DNA of 64,000 nt, taken from contig JALFUR010000004.1 in the NCBI GenBank assembly GCA_022784465.1, positions 77,804 to 141,803 on the forward strand. Reading direction: 5' to 3'. The DNA is from Christensenella sp. (GTDB taxonomy: Bacteria > Bacillota > Clostridia > Christensenellales > UBA3700). The notes under the pieces are model-generated. The model was not told the DNA's origin, did not search any database, and saw only the letters and a list, made by a program, of their open reading frames with translations. The position numbers and the translations under genes were made by a program. This document shows positions 39,601 to 46,769 of this stretch, piece by piece; the stretch's first letter is position 1, and each line of letters begins with the position of its first letter.

Positions 39601-39765
39601 GTAGTTGGATATGTAGGAGAAGGAAAAGCAGTAGAAGTATTAAAAAATGATAAATCTATTTTATCTGGTGTTCTTGCTGATGAACTAGTAAATGCTATTG
39701 ATGGTTACTCAAAAGAATGGGATATTAATGGAGAAAACATTACTCTAAGCGTTAAGAAAATATAA
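36649..39765 (+). CDS. ileS: isoleucine--tRNA ligase (long, type-2-like form)
   Basis: 1038 aa. HIGH variant PHIGH, KMSKS variant KMSKH, CP1 editing domain. Starts 3 nt after the CNNM stop. Confidence 0.93.
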   Translation: MYDKVDSSMNFIDREKDVIKFWKENDVFEKSIKQNEGNEEFSFYDGPPTANGKPHIGHILTRVMKDIIPRYKTMKGYHVLRKAGWDTHGLPVELEVEKSLGMDGKEEIEKYGIEPFIQKCKESVWKYKGEWEKMSDRVGYWVDMDHPYITYDDNYIESVWWALKTISDKDLLYKGYKIVPYCPRCGTALASHEVAQGYKDVKETSVFVKFKRVNAEGYFLAWTTTPWTLPSNVALCMNADENYVEIKAENGEVYVLAEALAPSLFENYQVLSVKQGKDYEYQEYEPLYKVYDGKQKAYYVTNDSYVTLTDGTGIVHIAPAFGEDDANVGRKYDLPLVQMVDDAGKLTKETPFAGMFVKEADKHVIKDLAERNLLFKELQFEHSYPFCWRCDTPLIYYARSSWFIKMTKVRDQLLKNNASVNWMPPTIGTGRMGNFLENVIDWGISRERYWGTPLPIWVCQDCGKVHVIGSREELRTLGGLDKDIELHRPYIDNVTFKCECGGTMKRTPEVLDCWFDSGSMPFAQLHYPFENKELFEKHYPADFISEAVDQTRGWFYTLLAISTLIFDKSPFKNCIVLGHVNDKNGIKMSKHKGNVVDPWSVLDVQGADAVRWYFYSSSAPWLPSRFSADNVSEAQRKFMGTLWNTYSFFVLYANIDGYNPTKYNLKDCKLSHMDKWILSNLNTLVDTVDKYLDQYKIFESSRLIQEFVDVLSNWYIRRGRERYWGKDMTEDKVAAYTTLYTVLVTLSKLLAPFTPFMSECIYRNLVCNFDSSAPISVHLTQFPKADLSMVDKQLEYDMDYVLKAVTIGRAARNKANIKNRQPLASLYIKSDTNLSDEKMLNLVAEEINVKKAEMVTDDQKFMTYELKPQLKTVGPKYGKFLGGIREYLSKVSCSEKATEIVDEVNKGNVHTFEVNGTSISLGKEDLLIAPVNKAGYALEVDGSMTVVLDTNLNEELINEGIARELSSKIQTMRKEAGFEVVDHIVVGYVGEGKAVEVLKNDKSILSGVLADELVNAIDGYSKEWDINGENITLSVKKI

Positions 39766-40634
39766 TGATAAAAGTAGCTAGTGGTTGGAAAGATTATGAA
39801 ATAATAGCAACTGGCGATGGTCAGAAGCTTGAGAGATGGGCGAACTTAATTTTGCTTCGCCCAGATCCACAAGTAATTTGGCATTCAAGTCAACCACTAG
39901 AGAAATATCCACAAATTAATGCAAAATATACAAGAAGTTCAAACGGCGGTGGCGGTTGGACATATACAAAAAAAGTTCCAGAAAATTTCATTGTTGAGAG
40001 AAATGGATTAAAGTTTTCTTTAAAACTAATGGGCTTTAAACATACAGGTTTATTTCCAGAACAAGCAGTAAATTGGGATATGATGCAATCTTTAATAAAG
40101 CAAGCGGGTAGACCAATAAAGGTTTTAAATCTATTTGCATATACTGGCGGGGCTACTGTTGCATGTGCAAAAGTTGGAGCTCATGTAACACATGTTGATG
40201 CTGCAAAGGCTATGGTTGATAGAGCAAAAACTAATGTTGCATTATCGAATATTGATACTACAAAAGTAAGATATATAGTTGATGATTGTGCCAAATTTAT
40301 TCAAAGAGAAATAAAAAGAGGAAATAAATATGATGCCATTATTATGGATCCTCCAAGTTATGGAAGAGGAGCAAATGGCGAGGTATGGAAGATTGAAAAC
40401 TGTATTCATGATTTGGTTTCAATGTGTAAGGAAGTTTTATCTGATAATCCTTTATTCTTTTTGATAAATTCTTATACAACGGGATTGCAACCAACAGTAA
40501 TAGAAAACATATTAAAATTAGTTTTAAAGGACTTAAATGGAAATACTCAAGCGTACGAAGTAGGTTTGCCTACAGATGAGGAAATTGTGCTTCCTTGTGG
40601 ATGTAGCGGCCTTTGGATAAATAATAAGGAATAA
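39765..40634 (+). CDS. class I SAM-dependent RNA methyltransferase (PF10672-like)
   Basis: 289 aa. LNLFAYTGG SAM motif and DPPSYG catalytic-type motif. Start overlaps the ileS stop. Confidence 0.7.
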   Translation: MIKVASGWKDYEIIATGDGQKLERWANLILLRPDPQVIWHSSQPLEKYPQINAKYTRSSNGGGGWTYTKKVPENFIVERNGLKFSLKLMGFKHTGLFPEQAVNWDMMQSLIKQAGRPIKVLNLFAYTGGATVACAKVGAHVTHVDAAKAMVDRAKTNVALSNIDTTKVRYIVDDCAKFIQREIKRGNKYDAIIMDPPSYGRGANGEVWKIENCIHDLVSMCKEVLSDNPLFFLINSYTTGLQPTVIENILKLVLKDLNGNTQAYEVGLPTDEEIVLPCGCSGLWINNKE

Positions 40635-40635
40635 T

Positions 40636-41418
40636 ATGAAAAATTTTAATTATAAAGAATTGGTAGTTTTATATGAAGATAATCAAGTGATAGTGGTTGT
40701 TAAACCACAAAATGTTCCATCACAAGCGGATGAGTCTAAGGATATGGATATGTTAACTGCTGTGAAAAAGTATTTAATAGATAAATACAATAAACCTGGT
40801 TCTGCATATGTTGGGCTTGTACATAGATTAGATAGACCAACAGGCGGCGTTATGGTTTTTGCTAAAACATCAAAAGCAGCAGAAAGATTATCTAACCAAA
40901 TAAAAAATGGTGAATTTGAGAAGGAATATTTATGTATTACTTGTGGAGTTCCAAAAGATAAAACAGGCACACTAGTAAACTATCTAGCTAAAGATGAAGT
41001 AAACAATAAGGTTTCTGTTGTTCCTATGGCTACTGAAGGAGCTAAAAAAGCCATTCTTCATTATGAAGTATTAGAATCTTTTGGAGGATTCTCTTTAATT
41101 AAAGTAAAACTTGAAACAGGCAGATCTCACCAAATTAGAGTACAATTAAGTTTTATAGGATGTCCTTTATTTGGTGATGTTAAATATGGAGCAAATGAAA
41201 AATCTAAGGGATTCAATTTGGCTCTTTGGGCAACTAAATTAACATTTATTCACCCAGTATCTAAGGAAAAACAAACATTTATGGTTTATCCACCAGTTGA
41301 AGAAAATCCATGGAAACAATTTGAAATTAATAAAGAAATGCAAGTAGGATCGATTGCATCTAGTTATGCATTTCATAGGGAAGCAGAGCTTATAAAGGAT
41401 TTTCTACCTGATGACTAA
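40636..41418 (+). CDS. RluA-family pseudouridine synthase
   Basis: 260 aa. Catalytic motif HRLDRPTGG, plus GRSHQIR. Confidence 0.85.
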   Translation: MKNFNYKELVVLYEDNQVIVVVKPQNVPSQADESKDMDMLTAVKKYLIDKYNKPGSAYVGLVHRLDRPTGGVMVFAKTSKAAERLSNQIKNGEFEKEYLCITCGVPKDKTGTLVNYLAKDEVNNKVSVVPMATEGAKKAILHYEVLESFGGFSLIKVKLETGRSHQIRVQLSFIGCPLFGDVKYGANEKSKGFNLALWATKLTFIHPVSKEKQTFMVYPPVEENPWKQFEINKEMQVGSIASSYAFHREAELIKDFLPDD

Positions 41419-42185
41419 AAGTCGTCTTCTGAAGTATGAGATGTAGGTGCCGAAATGGCGCCTTTCTTTTTAAAAGGATTATAAACTAATATTACTATTA
41501 ATACAGCAAGGAAAGAAATTCCAAAATAGAATAAATTTCTTTTTAGTTTGTTTTGAGCAATAGTTGTTTGCTCTAATTGCGTTTGATTCTTGTATTCTTG
41601 CGAAGCAGGGTTTAATGGAATATTATTATACGAGAAGCTTGTTGATACCGTATCTGCTTTAATTAAGAATTGACCTGTAGTATTTAATGTAGGAATTGTT
41701 AAATTCACAAAGAAATAATAAATATCTGTATTTTCATCTAAATAAGCACCAATAAAAGTAATATCTGAAACATTATATGTGTTTGTCTCACTAAATGTTG
41801 TGTCTGATGGAGAATATACAACAATTCTTGTTTCTGGTGCTTGTAAGTCTATAAGCATATATCCAGGATTAGATATATCTGTTAATGTAGAGGCTGAGGA
41901 TTTATTTGTAAAATCTGTATTTGAAATATATAAAGTTGTATTATTATATACAATTTCAATCGATAATTCGTTTTTTCCTTTTACTTTATAAAAATAAGAT
42001 CTTGGAATAATACAAACTGGTTGAGTTAATTCTTGATCAAAATAGCAAGTAATATGGTCTTTTGCTGAATAGTATATTGAAGTATCATATGTTGTTTCTT
42101 CAGCATAGACACAAGAAAAGCCATAAGAACATGAAACAAATAATAATGTAATTAAAATAAACAATAAGTATTTAGTTCTTTTCAT
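41415..42185 (-). CDS. secreted/membrane-anchored hypothetical protein
   Basis: 256 aa. N-terminal signal peptide, C-terminal TM helix. No recognisable domain. Confidence 0.55.
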   Translation of the reverse strand: MKRTKYLLFILITLLFVSCSYGFSCVYAEETTYDTSIYYSAKDHITCYFDQELTQPVCIIPRSYFYKVKGKNELSIEIVYNNTTLYISNTDFTNKSSASTLTDISNPGYMLIDLQAPETRIVVYSPSDTTFSETNTYNVSDITFIGAYLDENTDIYYFFVNLTIPTLNTTGQFLIKADTVSTSFSYNNIPLNPASQEYKNQTQLEQTTIAQNKLKRNLFYFGISFLAVLIVILVYNPFKKKGAISAPTSHTSEDDF

Positions 42186-42636
42186 ATTTTAAATTATATA
42201 CTAAAGTTAAATATTTCTCAATTGTCTTTTATTTATGCAATTATTTTAATTATTTTAGCTCGAAATGTCCATATTATAGAACATGATATAAATAGGGTAT
42301 TGTTAAAAAATTAACTATATGGTAAAAAAAGAAAACTGGTAATTTTTTTAAAATTATTTTCAGTAAAAAAAGATGAAAAGAAAATGGGTGTTCCTGTTAT
42401 GGATTATAATAAAACAAAAAATATTTTAATGGGAACACCTACGAGGGAGTCAGCAAAGAGAGTTCAGAAAAAGCGCAATTCCCATAGGGATTTTAAATAA
42501 CATAAAATTTAATAGTAATTGCGCTTTCAAATGACAAAAAAAAATCATGAATTTGTTTAATTCGTGGATCTTTATTTTTAATCGTTGAACTATATTATAT
42601 TTAATCTAATTCGGAAGTTTTTTTGTCACATTGTGG

Positions 42637-42686
42637 TTGACTTTATTTAATTGTTATGATATAATTATTCTATGTTATAGAACATA
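42637..42686 (+). promoter_or_regulatory. promoter of XRE gene with palindrome at the predicted +1
   Basis: TTGACT (42637-42642), 17-nt spacer, TATAAT (42660-42665). Inverted repeat TATGTT-ATAG-AACATA at 42671-42686. Confidence 0.55.
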
Positions 42687-42714
42687 TAACAATATTATAT
42701 AACAGGAGGTAATT

Positions 42715-43113
42715 ATGGCAAAGAAAAACTTTAGTGCTCAAAGTGAAGAAAAAATCACTTTTGGTAAACTAATTTCTGACTTGCGGATAAAAAAAGGCTT
42801 ATCTTTACGCAAATTTGCAAATGCCGTAGGGCTACCTCCTTCTAATATGACCTATATGGAAAATGGAGCTTCTATTCCGACGGCAGAAGTTTATACAAAA
42901 ATGTTATGTGTGCTGAATCCTGAACCAGAAGATAAAGTTAAGATGGATAAGTTGTTTTGCCAAGTGCGAAAGATTCCTACCCCGGATGTTTGCCAAGTTA
43001 TATTGAATAATTATGAATTAGGAGAAAGAATAACAAAAATAGGCAATGCAATTTTAACAACAGAACAGTTAAAATTAGTTGAAGAATTATTTGAGTCTTT
43101 TAATAATACATGA
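42715..43113 (+). CDS. XRE-family HTH transcriptional regulator
   Basis: 132 aa. HTH segment LRIKKGLSLRKFANAVGLPPSNMTYMENG. SD AGGAGG. Confidence 0.8.
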   Translation: MAKKNFSAQSEEKITFGKLISDLRIKKGLSLRKFANAVGLPPSNMTYMENGASIPTAEVYTKMLCVLNPEPEDKVKMDKLFCQVRKIPTPDVCQVILNNYELGERITKIGNAILTTEQLKLVEELFESFNNT

Positions 43114-43143
43114 CATATATTGTCATATTATGTTTGATATAAT
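43110..43143 (+). promoter_or_regulatory. palindromic operator candidate plus extended -10 promoter
   Basis: ATGACA-TATAT-TGTCAT (43110-43126), followed by TGaTATAAT (43135-43143), 19 nt before the ATG of the 618-aa gene. Confidence 0.5.
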
Positions 43144-43161
43144 GAGATAGGAGGATTCCAA

Positions 43162-45018
43162 ATGAAAACGTATTATTTAAAGATCAGAGATACATTTATT
43201 ACTGATATTAAAAATAGAGTAAAAAAACATGAATATAGATTAGCTTCGCCTGAAAGGATGCAGGTAAAAGTTGGAGATACCTTTGTTTTGATATCTAATC
43301 AAAACAAGGAAAACTTTGTAAGAACAACGATAAAAGGAATCAAGGTTTATAGTTCGTGGAATGAAGCCTTAAGGGAAAATTGGGAACAAGATTTTAAAAA
43401 CATCTTTTCTTCGTTAGAAGGAACTTTAAAAGAGTGCTATAAATTTTATCCAAAAGCCGAAGTTGACCGCTATGGAATCGTTGTGTTTGAAATTGAACCA
43501 TTATATATAGATTATTCGAAAGCGAGCGTTTTATTAGATACTAATATTTTTATCAAAAGAGAAAGTAGCGATAACGTTTCATTTGAAATCAATAACTTGT
43601 TTAATTGGTTTGACAAGAAAAACGTAAAGAAATATTTGCACAAAAATACCATAGAAGAATTAAAAACTCATAAAGACGAGAAAATAAAAAACACGATGTT
43701 AACGAAAGTTGCTTCGTATGATATTTTGCCTTCTTTTAGTGCAGGAAAAGACGATTATTTTGAATATGTTGTAAGTCAATATTCTCAAGATGTAAATAGT
43801 AAAATTGATAATGCCTTGCTTTTAGAAGTATATAACGACAATGTTGGGATTCTCCTTACTGATGATGGCGCAATCCTAAAAAAGGCAAAGGATTTATTTA
43901 TACGAGATAAGGTTGTTACATCTGCTGAACTATTGGAGTATTTTGAAAAAGCTTATCCTAAAAATATAGAATACAAAATGCTTGCCGTAAAGTTAAAAAG
44001 ATTTGATGAGGTCGATATAAACAGTGCCTTCTTTGATTCTTTAAGAGAAGACTATGAAGGCAAGAAGTTCGATGATTGGTTCAAGAAAAAAGGTAATGAA
44101 AAAGCGTATGTCTTCGAAGATAATGAAAATAATTTAAAAGGTTTTTTGTATCTTAAAATTGAGGACGAAAGCGAAAATTATACTGATATAGAGCCCATCT
44201 TAACTCCAAAAAGAAGATTAAAAGTTGGAACGTTCAAAATTGAACGTACAGGCTTCCGTTTGGGAGAACGTTTCTTAAAAATTATCTTTGAGAACGCTGT
44301 TCAATGGGAAGTTGACGAAGTTTACGTAACGCTTTTTGAAAGCAAGAGACCGGAAGTCACTGCGTTAAAAGGCATTATGGAACAATGGGGTTTTGTAAAA
44401 CACGGATATAAGAAATCAAACGGCGAATTAGTACTTGTAAAAGATATGAAGAATTATAAAGAAACCGAAACGCCAAAGTTTAATTATCCTATTTTAAAGA
44501 AAGATAGAAACCACTACTTCCTTCCTATTTACGCTAAATATCATACGGATTTATTCCCCGATAATATTTTGAAGAACGAAGATATGCATTTGTATGAAGA
44601 TAAACTCGCCCATAGATATGCGATAGAAAAGATATATTTAACAGGGGCATATAATATCAAGGCTAAGGCTGGAGATGTAATTTTAATTTATAGAATGAGC
44701 GATGGTTGGTATAAAAACTATTCATCCGTTGTTACGGGTATGGCGATTGTCCAAGAAGTCGTAAAAACCAAAAACGTTGACGAATGTATAAGTATATGCA
44801 AGGATAAGTCTATTTTTAAAGAAGAAGATATCAGAGCTGTGTATAGTAAATACCCTACCGTATTAAAAATATTAGACTATAAACCCTTTACGCATAAGGT
44901 TACGTTAGATGAATTAAGAAATTGTGGTATTGTAGATAAATATTCAGGACCACGTCCGTTTACTTTTATAACCAAAGAACAATTTGACACTATTTATAAA
45001 TTAGGAATGGAGGAGTAA
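43162..45018 (+). CDS. four-module fusion protein: ASCH-like / PIN-like / GNAT-like / C-terminal PUA-like (EVE/ASCH)
   Basis: 618 aa. Residues 1-114 are ASCH-like (YYLKIRD.F...I....KKHEYR). Residues ~118-265 are PIN-like (LLDTNIF D126, IDNALL D216, LLTDDG D234/235). Residues ~272-428 are GNAT-like (FDSLREDY..FDDWF, ERTGFRLGERFLKIIFENA). Residues ~445-618 are PUA-like (GDVILIYR, VTGMAIVQEV). All calls by eye. Confidence 0.6.
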   Translation: MKTYYLKIRDTFITDIKNRVKKHEYRLASPERMQVKVGDTFVLISNQNKENFVRTTIKGIKVYSSWNEALRENWEQDFKNIFSSLEGTLKECYKFYPKAEVDRYGIVVFEIEPLYIDYSKASVLLDTNIFIKRESSDNVSFEINNLFNWFDKKNVKKYLHKNTIEELKTHKDEKIKNTMLTKVASYDILPSFSAGKDDYFEYVVSQYSQDVNSKIDNALLLEVYNDNVGILLTDDGAILKKAKDLFIRDKVVTSAELLEYFEKAYPKNIEYKMLAVKLKRFDEVDINSAFFDSLREDYEGKKFDDWFKKKGNEKAYVFEDNENNLKGFLYLKIEDESENYTDIEPILTPKRRLKVGTFKIERTGFRLGERFLKIIFENAVQWEVDEVYVTLFESKRPEVTALKGIMEQWGFVKHGYKKSNGELVLVKDMKNYKETETPKFNYPILKKDRNHYFLPIYAKYHTDLFPDNILKNEDMHLYEDKLAHRYAIEKIYLTGAYNIKAKAGDVILIYRMSDGWYKNYSSVVTGMAIVQEVVKTKNVDECISICKDKSIFKEEDIRAVYSKYPTVLKILDYKPFTHKVTLDELRNCGIVDKYSGPRPFTFITKEQFDTIYKLGMEE

Positions 45019-45020
45019 AA

Positions 45021-45392
45021 ATGAAAAAGAAAATTTTAATATCCATCAACCCTGAACACGTGCAAAACATCATTAAGGGAATCAAGAAGTACGAATATAG
45101 AAAAATTGCTGCCAAGCAGGATATTTTTTCCATAATTATATACGAGACAACTCCCGTAAAAAGAATTGTTGCAGAAGCCGAAATCATAGACGTATTAATG
45201 GATTCTCCTGAAGAGTTGTGGAAAATTACAAAGAATGAATCCGGTATTAGCAAAGAGTTCTTCGACGAGTATTTTGAGGGAAGAGATATTGCTTATGCTT
45301 ACAAGTTAGGCAAGATTAAAGTTTATGATGAACCGAAAACATTGCTGGATTACGGGATTAAAGCCGCACCACAATCATTTGTATATGTTTAA
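45021..45392 (+). CDS. stand-alone ASCH-domain protein
   Basis: 123 aa. ILISINPEHVQNIIKGIKKYEYRK...IIIYETTPVKRIVAEAEI pattern typical of ASCH (PUA-like). Starts 2 nt after the upstream stop, with SD GGAGGAG. Confidence 0.7.
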   Translation: MKKKILISINPEHVQNIIKGIKKYEYRKIAAKQDIFSIIIYETTPVKRIVAEAEIIDVLMDSPEELWKITKNESGISKEFFDEYFEGRDIAYAYKLGKIKVYDEPKTLLDYGIKAAPQSFVYV

Positions 45393-45407
45393 TGAGGGAG
45401 TATATTA

Positions 45408-46280
45408 ATGAAATGTATTTTCTGCGGACAAGAGTCATCTTATTCTAAAAGCATAGAACATATAGTTCCCGAATCGTTTGGGAATAAAACAGCATTCTTG
45501 CGAAAAGGCATTGTATGCGATAAGTGCAATAATTATTTTGCTCGGAAAGTAGAACAGCCCTTTCTTGAATCTGAAACGGTACGTGTTCTGCGTCAGGAAT
45601 TGGAACTTGAGAATAAGAGGGGTAAAATAATTAAAGATTATACCTATCCGAGAATTGGGAAAGAATATGTTCAACAAGTCGGCGAAAATACATGTATGAT
45701 ATATACAAAAGAAGATAAAACCGAATCGGATCTTGCGGCAGCAGTTGCCGAATATAACATATATTGTGGGAACACAGATAAACGATTACTTGAAGAAAAT
45801 ATTTTTGTTTCAAGATTATTAGCAAAAATGGCTGTTGAGTATTTTATATACAGATGTGGAGGCGAAGACGATGTTTGTGAGTATGTTGGCTCAGATGAGA
45901 TATTTAAATCTATTCGAGAATATGCCCGCTACGAAAGTAGAAAAATATGGAAATACAATGCACGACGCATATATGCGAGACATACAGCGTATGACGGTGA
46001 TCCATTTACAGCTATAAATTGGGAAGCGGATTTGTTGTTTTTGGGGAATGGTGAGGTATATTTTGTTATTGCGATGTATGGAATAGAATATGCAATTAAT
46101 ATGGGTGGTTCATATATTGATGGATATAAATATTGGTTAGAGAATAATAACTTTCGAAGCCCATTATATTTATCCCCTCAGGAAAAGCAAAAGCTGCTTA
46201 TGGATTATTATAGAAAAATTTCTACAACAACTGAAAAAGTAATGATTTATGATTTTCATAAGAATGGAGAACGACAATGA
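45408..46280 (+). CDS. HNH endonuclease-domain protein with uncharacterised C-terminal domain
   Basis: 290 aa. C3xxC6, SIEH18IVPES, C37DKC40NN form an HNH/zinc-ribbon core. The remaining ~230 aa are unassigned. Confidence 0.7.
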   Translation: MKCIFCGQESSYSKSIEHIVPESFGNKTAFLRKGIVCDKCNNYFARKVEQPFLESETVRVLRQELELENKRGKIIKDYTYPRIGKEYVQQVGENTCMIYTKEDKTESDLAAAVAEYNIYCGNTDKRLLEENIFVSRLLAKMAVEYFIYRCGGEDDVCEYVGSDEIFKSIREYARYESRKIWKYNARRIYARHTAYDGDPFTAINWEADLLFLGNGEVYFVIAMYGIEYAINMGGSYIDGYKYWLENNNFRSPLYLSPQEKQKLLMDYYRKISTTTEKVMIYDFHKNGERQ

Positions 46281-46711
46281 CGAATAAATACAATTACGAA
46301 GTAATGTTTGACGATAAATCAATAGACGTAAGCAAGGAAGTTAGTCTTGTTTGGTCGATAGCAAATTCTTTGCGTGGTGCTTATACTTCCGATAAGTATA
46401 AGGACGTAATTATACCTATGGTTATTATTCGTCGTTTTGAGTGTGCTTTGGCAGAGAAAAAAGATGCAGTTGTCGCTAAATACAAGGCAAACCCTAAGAT
46501 TCCTGCCGCTCTTTTATGTCAAGTATCAGGCTATCCCTTTTATAATACAAGCGAATATACTCTTGCCAAGTTATTAAACGACAGCGATAATATCGCAAGC
46601 AATTTTCAAAGTTATATCGATGGTTTTTCTGCAAACGTGCAAACGATTATAAACAACCTTGATTTTACAAAGCAAATCGAGAAGATGGATAAAAACAAAA
46701 CAGTACTTTAG
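46277..46711 (+). pseudogene. hsdM: type I R-M methylase HsdM, N-terminal domain only (truncated)
   Basis: 144 aa matching the HsdM_N pattern (LWSIANSLRG...YKDVIIPMVIIRRFECAL). It ends before any N6-MTase motif, and no hsdS or hsdR follows. ATGA overlap with the HNH gene. Confidence 0.6.
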
Positions 46712-46769
46712 TAAAAAATCTAAATAATGTAATTGTTGCTCAAGAGAATGTTAATGTTAAACCTATTCC

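Larger units (their letters stand above)
42600..46711 (+). other. accessory defence-type operon (XRE, ASCH-PIN-GNAT-PUA fusion, ASCH, HNH, hsdM stub)
   Basis: Five same-strand genes with gaps of 48, 2, 15 and -4 nt, each with an SD. Located between core genes and murG/tRNA-Arg. By eye, the codons are richer in CG than in neighbouring genes. Confidence 0.6.

Noticed and set aside
44990-45253. 87-aa minus-strand ORF spanning the junction of the fusion gene and the ASCH gene
   Set aside because: It is antisense to two well-supported, translationally coupled plus-strand genes.
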